Below are positions 1-9,944 of a stretch of 64,000 nt of DNA, piece after piece. The notes beneath the pieces were generated by a model that ran no database searches, was not told the DNA's origin, and was given only the letters and a program-made list of their open reading frames with translations. Positions within the stretch are counted from its first letter, which is position 1. Every line of letters begins with the position of its first letter. Location of the stretch: the NCBI GenBank assembly GCA_038042445.1, contig JBBTED010000021.1:890-64889 (forward strand), written 5' to 3'. This DNA is from Candidatus Firestoneibacteriota bacterium. GTDB lineage: Bacteria; Oederibacteriota; D2-FULL-39-29; JBBTED01. The position numbers and the translations under genes were made by a program.

Positions 1-674
1 CCAAGTTGCTCCATAATCTCAAAAGCATAAGTTTTTGAACCCTCTGCATAATAAGGTCTTAAATTCACATTTACAAACGCCCACTTATATTTAGATGCAA
101 TTTCGCCACACAACCGATTCACATCATCGTAACTACCCTCTACTGCAACAAGATGGACACCATAAATTAAAGAAGATATAATTTTTGACTTTTCAAGATT
201 TGCCGGTATAAAAACATAACATTCAAACCCTGCCTGCTTTGAGTTAGAACTTACAGAATTTGCAAGATTCCCTGTAGAAGCACAAGCTACTGTCTTAAAA
301 CCAAACTCTTTTGCTTTAGAAAGAGCAACAGCAACAACTCTGTCTTTAAAAGATAATGTCGGATGATTTGTGGAATCATCTTTAATAAATATTTTAGCCA
401 CACCAAGTTCTTTTGCCAGATTTTTTGCTTCAAATAAAGGTGTCCATCCTGTATGCAAACCAATTATTGGTTCTGCATCTACAGGTAAAAGCTCTTTATA
501 CCGCCATAAATTTTTTCCACGGGATAAAATTTTTTCTCTTTTAAGAACTTTCTTTATACCTTCATAATCATAGACAACTTCTAATGGACCAAAACACCAT
601 TCACAGACATATATCGGCTTTTTTTCATAAAGTCTGCCACACTCTCTGCATCTTAATGACTTAGTATAAACCAT
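1..674 (-). CDS. thrC: Threonine synthase-like PLP enzyme (3' end outside window)
   Basis: Manual translation from ATG 674: MVYTKSLRCRECG...HPTLSFKDR...VACASTGNLA; Zn-ribbon N-terminus, PLP lysine motif; frame open to window edge. Confidence 0.8.
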   Translation of the reverse strand, partial: MVYTKSLRCRECGRLYEKKPIYVCEWCFGPLEVVYDYEGIKKVLKREKILSRGKNLWRYKELLPVDAEPIIGLHTGWTPLFEAKNLAKELGVAKIFIKDDSTNHPTLSFKDRVVAVALSKAKEFGFKTVACASTGNLANSVSSNSKQAGFECYVFIPANLEKSKIISSLIYGVHLVAVEGSYDDVNRLCGEIASKYKWAFVNVNLRPYYAEGSKTYAFEIMEQL

Positions 675-716
675 AATTTTTTGTTTATGGTCTGTCTTTT
701 TCCACCAGACCATAAT
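672..716. repeat. TTATG/CATAA hairpin element, short copy A
   Basis: cataattttttgtttatggtctg...ttccaccagaccataat; matches copies at 16639 and 31423. Confidence 0.85.
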
Positions 717-719
717 TTT

Positions 720-1841
720 TTAACCTCTGAAATATTGCTCCATACTAAAATATCTTTCACCTGTATCCGGCAAAATAGTAACGATTTTTTTGGTTTTTCC
801 TAAAATCTTTGCTACTTTCAATGCTACCCATACATTTGCGCCTGACGAAATCCCAACAAAGAGCCCCTCTTCCTTTGCAAGAGCTTTTGAAATATTAAAC
901 GCATCTTCATCTTTTACTGTTATTATTTCATCAATTATATTCTTATTAAGTATTTTAGGAATAAACCCTGCGCCAATTCCCTGAATCTTATGTGGACCAC
1001 TTGCCTTGCCAGATAATACTGCTGATGCTTCAGGTTCAACTGCAATAATTTTTATATTTGGTATCTTTTTTTTAAGCACTTCACCAACACCAGTAATAGT
1101 TCCACCTGTTCCCACACCAGCTATAAATACATCTATATCCCCTTGTGTTGCTGAAAAGATTTCCTGAGCAGTTGTTTTTCTGTGTATCTCAGGATTTGCA
1201 GAATTATTAAACTGATGGGGCACAAAACTGTTTGGAGTTTTTTCATGCAACTCTTCTGCCTTTTTTATAGCACCTGTCATACCGTCAACTGCAGAAGTCA
1301 AAATTACTTCAGCACCAAGCGATTTTAAAATATAAATTCTTTCCAAAGACATAGACTCAGGCATAGTAATAATACATTTATATTTTCTGACTGCCGCCAC
1401 TATTGCTAAACCAATTCCTGTATTACCACTTGTTGGTTCTATTATTGTCCCTCCTGATTTTAACAATCCTTTCTTCTCTGCATCTTCAACCATAGCTAAG
1501 GCAATTCTATCTTTAACAGACCCACCAGGATTAAAATATTCCACCTTTGCAAAAATTTTTGCGCAATCTTCTGGAACAATATTATTTAATTTAACAAGTG
1601 GTGTATTACCTATTAAATCCAAAATATTTTTATAGATTACACCACCACCACCCATATAATAAATAAATTCCAATACATCATTATTTTTTAAAATAGCAGA
1701 CAAATATTTTTCTTTTGAAATTATTGCACTGTTCAATTCAACTGTTACTACTTCTTTCCTGATTCCTTTTGTATCAAGTAATTTTTCAAGTGTCAACCCT
1801 TCATCTAAGGTTTCCTTTTTACCGTTTATAGTAATTACCAT
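720..1841 (-). CDS. cysK: ThiS-like sulfur carrier fused to cysteine synthase A
   Basis: First ~67 aa ThiS-like (ITINGK...VELN...YMGGGG), then [38 protein letters not shown]. Confidence 0.9.
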   Translation of the reverse strand: MVITINGKKETLDEGLTLEKLLDTKGIRKEVVTVELNSAIISKEKYLSAILKNNDVLEFIYYMGGGGVIYKNILDLIGNTPLVKLNNIVPEDCAKIFAKVEYFNPGGSVKDRIALAMVEDAEKKGLLKSGGTIIEPTSGNTGIGLAIVAAVRKYKCIITMPESMSLERIYILKSLGAEVILTSAVDGMTGAIKKAEELHEKTPNSFVPHQFNNSANPEIHRKTTAQEIFSATQGDIDVFIAGVGTGGTITGVGEVLKKKIPNIKIIAVEPEASAVLSGKASGPHKIQGIGAGFIPKILNKNIIDEIITVKDEDAFNISKALAKEEGLFVGISSGANVWVALKVAKILGKTKKIVTILPDTGERYFSMEQYFRG

Positions 1842-1902
1842 AATTTCCCCCTAATTTTAAAAAACGTTATTTATTATAACATTAACCATATCCCCTACTT
1901 TG

Positions 1903-1949
1903 TCTATCACTTTACTATACAATATAATAAAATTTTTCCCCTTTGTCAA
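1903..1949 (-). promoter_or_regulatory. Sigma70 promoter plus candidate Rrf2 operator for thiS-cysK
   Basis: TTGACA(1949-1944)-N17-TATATT(1926-1921); motif tctatcactttactata at 1903-1919. Confidence 0.6.
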
Positions 1950-1970
1950 TTTAAAAATTCAAAAATCCCG

Positions 1971-2420
1971 TCATATTGCATATGTAGACGAGTCCTTTTC
2001 ATTCATTATTGTAACACGAGCAATCATATCTTCAAAAGTGATATTATCAACAACTTTATTAATTACATCTTTTAATTCCAACCATATCGCTCTAAATACA
2101 CACTTTGTTTCATCTGCACATTTTGAATATTCAGTAGTACTAACACAAGTAATAGGAGAAGTCCGCCCCTCCATTAATCTGATTATTTCTCCAAGTGTAA
2201 TCGCACTAGGTGCCTTAGCTAACAAATATCCCCCAGCAGGACCTCTTTTACTTCTAACATATCCAGCACCCTTTAAAAGCAGTAAAATTTGCTGTAAATA
2301 TTTAAGTGGAATATCATGCCTTTTTGAAATATCATCAATCTGAACTGTCCCTTTTTCATAATGCAAAGACAAATCCAATATTGTCTTTAACCCATAATCT
2401 CCTTTAAAAGATATTCTCAT
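1971..2420 (-). CDS. Rrf2 family regulator (CymR/IscR-like)
   Basis: YLQQILLLLKGAGYVRSKRGPAGGYLLAK motif; three C-terminal Cys. Confidence 0.92.
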   Translation of the reverse strand: MRISFKGDYGLKTILDLSLHYEKGTVQIDDISKRHDIPLKYLQQILLLLKGAGYVRSKRGPAGGYLLAKAPSAITLGEIIRLMEGRTSPITCVSTTEYSKCADETKCVFRAIWLELKDVINKVVDNITFEDMIARVTIMNEKDSSTYAI

Positions 2421-2444
2421 TTATTCTCCCGTTTGTATACTATA

Positions 2445-2489
2445 TAAATCAACTTAGTATAATATAACAAAATTCCAAATTTTTGTCAA
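2445..2489 (-). promoter_or_regulatory. Sigma70 promoter plus weaker operator copy for Rrf2 gene
   Basis: TTGACA(2489-2484)-N17-TATATT(2466-2461); taaatcaacttagtata at 2445-2461. Confidence 0.55.
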
Positions 2490-2524
2490 GCACTAATTTT
2501 TTTTTGTTGTTCATACTGAACTTA

Positions 2525-2675
2525 CAGGCTGTGTCATAATTATTTTTTTCTGTCATTGATTTATCGGGCTTGATAAATCAAGCCCCTACAATCACCAATA
2601 AATTCAAATGTTTTTGTAGGGGTCGGATTTATCCGACCCGGAAAAACCGATTTTTGTAGATTGTGACACAGTCTG
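2525..2675. mobile_element. MITE-like element with 16-bp terminal inverted repeats enclosing two GTAG-type REP palindromes
   Basis: caggctgtgtcataat (2525-2540) vs attgtgacacagtctg (2660-2675), 14/16 complementary; inner gggcttgataaatcaagcccctac and gtaggggtcggatttatccgaccc. Confidence 0.55.
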
Positions 2676-2914
2676 GTAATAAATGAAGATTAAGGTAATA
2701 GAATATATTGCAAATAAAAAGATTGCTAAATATATTAATATTTGCTAATATTTACATAATGTGTATAAATATTAGCAGTGCTTCTGAACTATTATGAAAT
2801 GTCCAACCTATTCCAAATTTTAATAATAAATTCTCTTAGCGTAAAAATACATCTCTATAAAAAAATGTTTAGAAATATATTTTTGTTAAGATATAAAAAA
2901 GGGGGTGAAAAATA

Positions 2915-3184
2915 ATGCAAGGAAGCAAACTTTATGTAGGTAATTTACCTTATGCAATAGATGAAAGTGAATTACAAGGACTATTCTCTACTTATGGAGA
3001 AGTTAAGCAAATCACCATAATCGCAGGTAAAGGTTTCGGATTTGTTGAAATGGTTAATTCGGAAGATGCAGAAAAAGCAAAAAACGGATTAAATGGAACA
3101 GATTTGAAAGGCCGTCAATTAAAAATTGACGAAGCTCGTCCAATGAAAGAAAGAAGCGACAAAAGAGATTTCAAAAGATACTAA
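2915..3184 (+). CDS. RRM-domain RNA-binding protein
   Basis: RNP2 LYVGNL, RNP1 KGFGFVEM, IDEARP; SD upstream. Confidence 0.95.
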   Translation: MQGSKLYVGNLPYAIDESELQGLFSTYGEVKQITIIAGKGFGFVEMVNSEDAEKAKNGLNGTDLKGRQLKIDEARPMKERSDKRDFKRY

Positions 3185-3198
3185 AAAGTTCTATCCGC

Positions 3199-3474
3199 CT
3201 AAGCGGATTTAATTAATAGTTCCAATTTCTCTTTTCTGCTCAAACTTTTGATTTTGATTTCACGTTTTAATGCCTCTGACTTAGTTTGACAGATTTCTTT
3301 ATACAGCAATTTAACAGGAAGGCGGGATCTAGTATATTTCCCGCCTTTCCTGCTATTGTGTACTTTCACTCTTCTGGCTACATCATTAGTTATTCCAGTA
3401 TATAAAGATTTATCCGAACATTTAATAATATATACATACCACATTGATTTGTTATATTTCTTATTTTTTACCAT
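3199..3474 (-). CDS. GIY-YIG nuclease (UPF0213/YhbQ-like)
   Basis: WYVYIIKCSDKSLYTGIT...RRVKVHN...KYTRSRLPV...ALKRE. Confidence 0.9.
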   Translation of the reverse strand: MVKNKKYNKSMWYVYIIKCSDKSLYTGITNDVARRVKVHNSRKGGKYTRSRLPVKLLYKEICQTKSEALKREIKIKSLSRKEKLELLIKSA

Positions 3475-3527
3475 TATTTAGATTATATATTCTAAACAAT
3501 ATAACATCAATATATATAAAAAAATAA

Positions 3528-3555
3528 TTGACATTATAATAAAAAAGTTTATACT
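3528..3555 (+). promoter_or_regulatory. Sigma70 promoter of lipoprotein gene
   Basis: TTGACA-N16-TATACT, then AGGAGG SD. Confidence 0.55.
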
Positions 3556-3574
3556 TAAAATAGGAGGATAAAAT

Positions 3575-4102
3575 ATGAATTTCAATAAATTGATAAAATC
3601 GGTTCTTATAGTAATGGTTGTATCCACTCTAATTATAGGGTGCTCAGGTAAACAGGAAGAACCACCTATTGCAGAAATAAATAATGCAACAAATGAAGTT
3701 AATGCAGCAAATACTCCTAATGCACAACAATATGCTGCAGAACAATTAAAAACTGCACAAGAATCTTTAGAAACTGCAAAACGTTTAATTGCCGAGAAAA
3801 AACAAGAAAATTATAAAGATGCTTTAATAAATGCTATTAAAGCACAAATTTATGCAAAAATGGCAATAGCAATATCCGAAATAAAATCTCAGTCAGAAAC
3901 TGTTGTTGATACTGCCAAAAAGAATGAAAGTCAGGCAAAACTTGCTGAAGCAAAAGCAAAAGCAGAAATAGAAATTGTTAAATCAGGTCTTATGAAAGCA
4001 AAAGAAGTTGTGCCTACATTAAAGAATGAAATCAATAAAATTTTAAGAGAATTAGAAGATATCCTTGATTTTGATAAAGTGAAGAAACGAACAACAAATT
4101 AG
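3575..4102 (+). CDS. Lipoprotein, DUF4398-like helical domain
   Basis: Lipobox LIIGC; AQQYAAEQLKTAQESLETA pattern. Confidence 0.65.
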   Translation: MNFNKLIKSVLIVMVVSTLIIGCSGKQEEPPIAEINNATNEVNAANTPNAQQYAAEQLKTAQESLETAKRLIAEKKQENYKDALINAIKAQIYAKMAIAISEIKSQSETVVDTAKKNESQAKLAEAKAKAEIEIVKSGLMKAKEVVPTLKNEINKILRELEDILDFDKVKKRTTN

Positions 4103-4130
4103 TAGTGGCGAATGTAAATTCGCTAAATTC

Positions 4131-5573
4131 TTACCCCTTAATTACACCGAGTGGTTTTAACTTAGCCACTTTCTTACTTAATCCTGCCAAATCTACAGTT
4201 TCAACCACATCCTCAACATTTTTATATGCAGATGGCATTTCTTCTGCAACAGTTTCACCATCTTTTGCTACTAAATATATTCCTGCATCTTCAAGTTCTT
4301 TTTTTATTGAACGTCCACGACTCTCTTTAACTGCTTGTGTTCTGGATAACAAACGACCTGCACCATGACAAGTACTACCAAATGTTTCTGTAAGAGCTTT
4401 TTGTGTTCCCACTAAAACAAATGAACATCTACCCATATCACCCGGAATTAAAACAGGTTGACCAACTTCTTTATAGATTTCAGGAACATAAGGGTGTCCT
4501 GCAGGAAATGAACGTGTTGCACCTTTTCTATGCACACAAAGTTTCATTTTTTTACCATCAATTTCATGCTCTTCTATTTTAGCTATGTTATGCGCAACAT
4601 CATATACCAAAACCATATTTAAATCACGAGGTGAAATATCAAAAAATTTTTCAAAAACTTCTTTTGCCAGATGTCCCATTACCTGCCTATTAGCATAAGC
4701 ATAATTAGCTGCAGAAACCATTGCACTATAATATTGTTTTCCCGGCAAAGATGTAATTGGAACACAAGCAAGCTGTTTATCTGGCAATGTTATTCCAAAC
4801 TGCCTGCTTTCAGAAAGTATTATTTTTAAATAGTCATCACACACCTGATAACCAAATCCTCTGGAACCACTGTGCATAAGGACAGCCACATTTCCTTTTT
4901 TCAATCCAAATTTAAATGCAATTTTTTCATCATATACTTCTTCTACAACATCTACTTCAATAAAATGATTGCCAGAACCTAATGTTCCCATCTGATCTCT
5001 CCCACGTTCATAAGCTTTATCACTTACAAAATCAGGATTACTGCCTGATAAATTTCCATTTTCTTCAATTCGTTCCAAATCATCTTGACTTCCAAACCCA
5101 CTTTCAATTGCCCATCTTGCTCCCTTTTGCATTACTTTTTTTTCTTCTTCTTTACTTAATTTTTTTATTGCACCTGAAGAACCAACTCCACAAGGTATCC
5201 TACTAAATAATGATGCCATAAGTTCCTTTATCTTTGGCTTTACTTCTTCAAGTCTAAGATTCGTTCTCATAAGCCGAACTCCACAATTTATGTCGTATCC
5301 AACACCACCAGGAGAAATAATTCCTTCATCGTAATCAAAAGCAGCAACTCCTCCTATACAAAAACCATAACCCCAGTGTATATCCGGCATAGCCATCGAA
5401 TTTTTGATTATTCCGGGTAAACAAGCAACATTTGCAACCTGCTGATATGCATTATCTGATGCTGATATTTGCAAAAGTTTCTCACTGGCATAAATTATGC
5501 CATCAACTCTCATATTCCCGGTCTTTGGAATTCTCCACTTATAATCGTTAATTTTTTCTAAATGTATACTCAT
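4131..5573 (-). CDS. rtcB: RNA ligase RtcB
   Basis: MPDIHWGYG, GVGYDINCGVR, GTLGSGNHF, HRKGATR, HGAGR; start set at MSIHLEK. Confidence 0.95.
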   Translation of the reverse strand: MSIHLEKINDYKWRIPKTGNMRVDGIIYASEKLLQISASDNAYQQVANVACLPGIIKNSMAMPDIHWGYGFCIGGVAAFDYDEGIISPGGVGYDINCGVRLMRTNLRLEEVKPKIKELMASLFSRIPCGVGSSGAIKKLSKEEEKKVMQKGARWAIESGFGSQDDLERIEENGNLSGSNPDFVSDKAYERGRDQMGTLGSGNHFIEVDVVEEVYDEKIAFKFGLKKGNVAVLMHSGSRGFGYQVCDDYLKIILSESRQFGITLPDKQLACVPITSLPGKQYYSAMVSAANYAYANRQVMGHLAKEVFEKFFDISPRDLNMVLVYDVAHNIAKIEEHEIDGKKMKLCVHRKGATRSFPAGHPYVPEIYKEVGQPVLIPGDMGRCSFVLVGTQKALTETFGSTCHGAGRLLSRTQAVKESRGRSIKKELEDAGIYLVAKDGETVAEEMPSAYKNVEDVVETVDLAGLSKKVAKLKPLGVIKG

Positions 5574-5839
5574 AATTTTTTCTGTTGTATATTTTGCAAA
5601 CATTGGTTGATAGAAAAGAAAATTCCACCTATTATCTGACCTATAAATGATGATACTACAAGAAGTGGAATTATTGTATAATTCAATCCAACTTCAATAC
5701 GTAACATGAAAATTATAGGGATAGGTAAATGAATACAAAAAAACCATTTTCCAGAAAACTTTTCACTTTGCCGTCGCAAATATCCACATGGAAGATTTAT
5801 AAGAAAAACTATAAATAGTAAAAATAAAGTTAATTCCAT
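5570..5839 (-). CDS. Small membrane protein
   Basis: Three hydrophobic segments; INLPCGY...WFFCIHLPIP. Confidence 0.7.
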   Translation of the reverse strand: MELTLFLLFIVFLINLPCGYLRRQSEKFSGKWFFCIHLPIPIIFMLRIEVGLNYTIIPLLVVSSFIGQIIGGIFFSINQCLQNIQQKKL

Positions 5840-5860
5840 TTATTTTTTATCGCGGTCTAT

Positions 5861-6949
5861 TTACTTGGAGATTTTAAATAGTTTGATTAATTTTTCATAA
5901 TCTATACATTTGTCTAAAAGTTCACATGCGTATGTTATTTTCTTTTTTTCTCTTAAACGTAAATGCCCCATCATTTTAGTAATACGGCCAACAGTCGTCA
6001 ATGTATCAGTTGGAACCATTATTATTGGAACTGACATCTCTGTTGCTTTTCCAAGAACTGCAGCTGAAGGACGTAAATTGCCTGTTAAAATTATACATTT
6101 TGTTGACGTTTCTAAAGCTGCAATCTGAATATCCGCCCTATCACCACCTGTTATAACTGCTTTATTCGGTAAACTCCTGAAATATTTAAGTGCACTTTCA
6201 ACATTCATTGCACCAATACACAAATTTTCTACTAATAATTCATCTAATTTATTACATTTATCTCCAAGGCATAAAACAGTCCCACCCAGATTTTCTATCA
6301 ATTCTGCAACACTTACAGAACCAAGAATTTTATCACGTGGAATAATTCCACAAATCGGAACACCCTTTTCTTCAAAATACGAAACTGCTACTTTTGATAA
6401 AAATTCATTTTCCATATTCGGGACTGCATTTATTATTACTGATTTCAGTCTATCTTTAAATATATCTTTCCCAACTAAGATTTCATCCATAGAAAGCATA
6501 CACATACTCGTTTTATATCTAACAAGTAATAAAACTTCTGCATCAAAAAGTTCAGCTATCTTATTAGCTGATAAACCGATTATATTCCCGAAATTCAATG
6601 TACCTGTACTACTAATTAACACAACATCTTTATCTTTGCTAATTACAGAAAAAGACTGTTTTATCTTGGATTCAAAATCATAAGCTGACTTTTGCAGAAC
6701 TTTTTTAATAAGTTCATCAGTCAACACAACTGGTGAAATTGTCTCCACTGATTCAACTAATCCAAGAGACTTCTTCATAAATATTGCATCGTCATCAATC
6801 ATCATATTACTTACAGGATTTACCCCAATAGGTTTAAAATACCCTATTTTATAACCTGCATTTTTTAATCGAAGTCCCAGCCATAAACTAACTAATCTTT
6901 CAGAAAATATCCCTGTTGACGCTATAAAAATAGAAACCATATCCATCAC
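5861..6949 (-). CDS. Phosphotransacetylase-family protein (BioD-like + DRTGG)
   Basis: GYFKPIG, GAMN, VITGGDRADIQIAALET; follows acyl-CoA synthetase. Confidence 0.85.
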   Translation of the reverse strand: MMDMVSIFIASTGIFSERLVSLWLGLRLKNAGYKIGYFKPIGVNPVSNMMIDDDAIFMKKSLGLVESVETISPVVLTDELIKKVLQKSAYDFESKIKQSFSVISKDKDVVLISSTGTLNFGNIIGLSANKIAELFDAEVLLLVRYKTSMCMLSMDEILVGKDIFKDRLKSVIINAVPNMENEFLSKVAVSYFEEKGVPICGIIPRDKILGSVSVAELIENLGGTVLCLGDKCNKLDELLVENLCIGAMNVESALKYFRSLPNKAVITGGDRADIQIAALETSTKCIILTGNLRPSAAVLGKATEMSVPIIMVPTDTLTTVGRITKMMGHLRLREKKKITYACELLDKCIDYEKLIKLFKISK

Positions 6950-9045
6950 CTCGTATTTGCCTTCAATGTCAATCGGACATCGAGGGCTACTGCACCTTTC
7001 CCAACATATCCCACTTTTAAAGGATTAATGTCCATTTCAATTATTTGAGGGAAATCCAGTGCTAATTGTGCTAATTTAAAAATGTTCTCATAAATTGCTT
7101 CAAGGTCGCTTAATTTTTCACCCCTTGCTCCAAGCAACAATTCAAATGTTTTTATTTCTGCAACCATTTCTTTCACATCTCTTAAACTAATAGGTGGAAC
7201 TCTAAATGATACATCTTTTAAAACTTCTACATATATTCCACCAAGCCCAAACATTATAAGTGGACCAAATTGTGGATCAACATTCATTCCCAAAATAACT
7301 TCTCTGCCTGAAATTATTTGCTGCTCAACTGATATACCTGTAATTTCTGCTTCAGGATAATATTTCTTTACTCTATATAGCATTAAATCAAATATATCTA
7401 TAATCTCATCTGCTGATTTTATTCCTGTTTTTACACCGCCAACATCAGTTTTATGTTTAATCTCAGGAGATACAATTTTCATAACTACAGGATACCCTAT
7501 TTTTTCTGCAATTAAAACAGCCTCATCTGAAGACTTAGCAAGCCCGCCTTCCGGCATTTTAATATTATAAGCTAACATAATTTCTTTAGCATCTATTCCA
7601 CCAAGATAATACTTTTGCGAAGACAAGCTTTCATTGATTATATGCTCTACTTTATCTTTATCAACACTAAATACAACTGACTTATCCTCGGGTAAATTCA
7701 ACCATTCAAATCTTTTTGACAAAGCCAAAAAAGTATTAACTGCTCGCTCAGGAAATGAATAATTTGGAACATTATTATCTCTTAATATTTTTATTCCTTT
7801 AGAAACACTGTTTTCTCCCATAAAACATCCAAGAACTGTCTTATTATATTTTTTCTGTGTTAAATTAATTTTCTGTGCTATAACTTCAACATCACTCATT
7901 GCCTGCGGAGTAAAACATACTATCGCTCCATTAACATTTTTGTCCTGAAGTAAAATATCCAACGATTTTTCATATCTATCAGATTGAGCATCACCTAAAA
8001 TATCAACTGGATTATAAAAATTTGAAGCAGGTGGAAGAAAATCTTGCAAAGACTCCAAAGTTTCAGATGATAACTCTGCAAGATAAAGTCCTGATTTTTC
8101 AATTGCATCTGCAGTTAAAATACCAACACCTCCTGCATTTGTCAATATAGCTATTTTTCTGCCATTTGGAATTGGAGTTTTTACAAAAGCTGATGCAATA
8201 TCAAATAATTCTTCCACAGAATTAACACTTAAAATTCCACATTTTTTAAAAACTGTTTCATAAGCTATTCTTGAACCTGCTAAACTCCCTGTATGCGAAG
8301 ACGCTGCTCTTGCGCCAGCCTGAGTCACACCTGCTTTAATAGCAACTATCGGTTTAAATTTTGATACTCTAGTTGCTACTTCAATAAATCTCTTACCATT
8401 AACAACATTTTCTAAATAACAAATTATAACTTTAGTATTAGAATCCTGAGCAACAGCTTCAAGAAAATCTGACTCATTCAAATCAGCCTTATTGCCCATA
8501 CTTATCACTTTGGAAAAACCTATTCCTTGATTAATTGACCAGTCTAAAATTGCAGTACACAAAGCTCCAGATTGTGAAATTAAAGCAATTTCTCCTTTAA
8601 TAGGCATAAGCCCGGCAAAAGAAGCATTAAAATTTGACGTAGTATCTATCAAACCAAGACAATTAGGTCCCCATATACGCATATCAAAACTCTTAGCTAT
8701 TTTCAAAATCTCTTGTTCAAGTTTAATTCCTTCCGGACCTATTTCTTTAAAACCAGCAGAAATAATAAGAGAATGTTGAACACCTTTTTGTCCGCATTCC
8801 TCTAAAATTTTAGGAATAAATTTTGCAGGTATAATAAATATTGCCAAATCTATATCTTCAGGAATATCCGAAATAGAAGAATAGCATTTATATTTTTTAA
8901 GTTCTTTATATTTAGGATTTACAGGAAAAATTTTACCTTTGAATCCATATTGTATAATGTTTTTTAGAATTACGCCGCCAACTTTTTCTTCATCATGCGA
9001 AGCACCAATAATTGCAACTGATTTTGGGTTAAAAAATTTTTCCAT
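6946..9045 (-). CDS. Acyl-CoA synthetase (NDP-forming), fused alpha/beta
   Basis: PKSVAIIGAS, GPNCLG, SQSGA, SHTGSLAG, NPVDILGDA, ATP-grasp C-terminus. Confidence 0.92.
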   Translation of the reverse strand: MEKFFNPKSVAIIGASHDEEKVGGVILKNIIQYGFKGKIFPVNPKYKELKKYKCYSSISDIPEDIDLAIFIIPAKFIPKILEECGQKGVQHSLIISAGFKEIGPEGIKLEQEILKIAKSFDMRIWGPNCLGLIDTTSNFNASFAGLMPIKGEIALISQSGALCTAILDWSINQGIGFSKVISMGNKADLNESDFLEAVAQDSNTKVIICYLENVVNGKRFIEVATRVSKFKPIVAIKAGVTQAGARAASSHTGSLAGSRIAYETVFKKCGILSVNSVEELFDIASAFVKTPIPNGRKIAILTNAGGVGILTADAIEKSGLYLAELSSETLESLQDFLPPASNFYNPVDILGDAQSDRYEKSLDILLQDKNVNGAIVCFTPQAMSDVEVIAQKINLTQKKYNKTVLGCFMGENSVSKGIKILRDNNVPNYSFPERAVNTFLALSKRFEWLNLPEDKSVVFSVDKDKVEHIINESLSSQKYYLGGIDAKEIMLAYNIKMPEGGLAKSSDEAVLIAEKIGYPVVMKIVSPEIKHKTDVGGVKTGIKSADEIIDIFDLMLYRVKKYYPEAEITGISVEQQIISGREVILGMNVDPQFGPLIMFGLGGIYVEVLKDVSFRVPPISLRDVKEMVAEIKTFELLLGARGEKLSDLEAIYENIFKLAQLALDFPQIIEMDINPLKVGYVGKGAVALDVRLTLKANTR

Positions 9046-9047
9046 TT

Positions 9048-9698
9048 TTATATTTGATATTCTATAATATCAAACAATCCCTTTGCTATTTGTTTTTTAC
9101 TATTAAATTCCGCTTTTATTATCCCGGAAGAATCCACAATAAAAGCTTTATGACTATCAGATAAAACATTTTTAAAATCATTTGCTACAACCAAATCGGA
9201 TTTAGTCCTCAAAAGCGAATTATATGCTCTTTTTGTCAGTTCACGTTTACTTATATTAGACTCTAATTTAAAACTCACCAAAAAAGATTGTGGAGAAATT
9301 TCTTTGAACATATTTACAACTTTTGGAGTCTTAGTAAGTGTTATTCTTAACTCATTTTGTGCAGATGAAATTTTACCTTTATATAATCTTTTAGGCTCAT
9401 AATCTAACACTGCCATTGAATGTATTATAACATCAAAATTAACGGTTTTTAATTCTTTTTTCAAAACACTAATTAAATCATTAACTGTCCTTACTTCTAT
9501 TAACTGCAATCGTTTTGTTTGAATTTGCGGCAATAAACTGCCTTTACCGTATATAAAACAAACATTGGCACTGCGGAATAATGATTCATTCGCAATAGCT
9601 ACACCTAATTCACCAGAAGAAGAATTTGTAATATAGCGAATATCATCTATAATCCCTCTTGTAGGCCCTGAAGTAATTAAAATATTTTTATTTTTCAT
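9048..9698 (-). CDS. coaB: Phosphopantothenate--cysteine ligase (CoaB domain only)
   Basis: ILITSGPT..IDDIRYITNSSSG, HSMAVLDY, FKLE, VVAND. Confidence 0.85.
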   Translation of the reverse strand: MKNKNILITSGPTRGIIDDIRYITNSSSGELGVAIANESLFRSANVCFIYGKGSLLPQIQTKRLQLIEVRTVNDLISVLKKELKTVNFDVIIHSMAVLDYEPKRLYKGKISSAQNELRITLTKTPKVVNMFKEISPQSFLVSFKLESNISKRELTKRAYNSLLRTKSDLVVANDFKNVLSDSHKAFIVDSSGIIKAEFNSKKQIAKGLFDIIEYQI

Positions 9699-9705
9699 GA
9701 TTTAT

Positions 9706-9760
9706 GTAGATGCAAAGCGTAAGCTTTGCTTTTTTTAGCAGAGCTTTGCTCTGCGGCTAC
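9706..9760. repeat. GTAG-type REP doublet
   Basis: gtagatgcaaagcgtaagctttgc...gcagagctttgctctgcggctac; near-identical copy at 40868. Confidence 0.8.
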
Positions 9761-9810
9761 AATGAACCGCTACGGGGTATCCAAAAACTAAAAAATACTT
9801 AAGTAATCCC

Positions 9811-9904
9811 GTCATTCCCGAATGTTTCTATCGGGAATCCAGTGTCTTTAAAACATTGATAAAACAAGACTCTGGATGCCCGATTACTACATTCGGGCAT
9901 GACA
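9811..9904. repeat. GTCA-type REP doublet
   Basis: gtcattcccga...tcgggaatccag ... ctggatgcccga...tcgggcatgaca. Confidence 0.75.
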
Positions 9905-9915
9905 AAATATTGTAA

Positions 9916-9944
9916 CCCTGTAGCAAGCTACAGGGAATAGCCAA
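9916..9944. repeat. Hairpin resembling an IS200/IS605-type or MITE end; half-copy at 9769-9784
   Basis: ccctgtagc-aa-gctacaggg; gctacggggtatccaa upstream. Confidence 0.45.

Noticed and set aside
3193-3208. atccgc-ctaa-gcggat mini-hairpin, similar to 30150-30166
   Set aside because: Too short and degenerate to call a family from two copies; may just be a terminator between convergent genes
5571-5605. Fourth copy of the start-codon hairpin element at rtcB (gaaaaaattATG)
   Set aside because: Only the A-rich tail matches; no stem present
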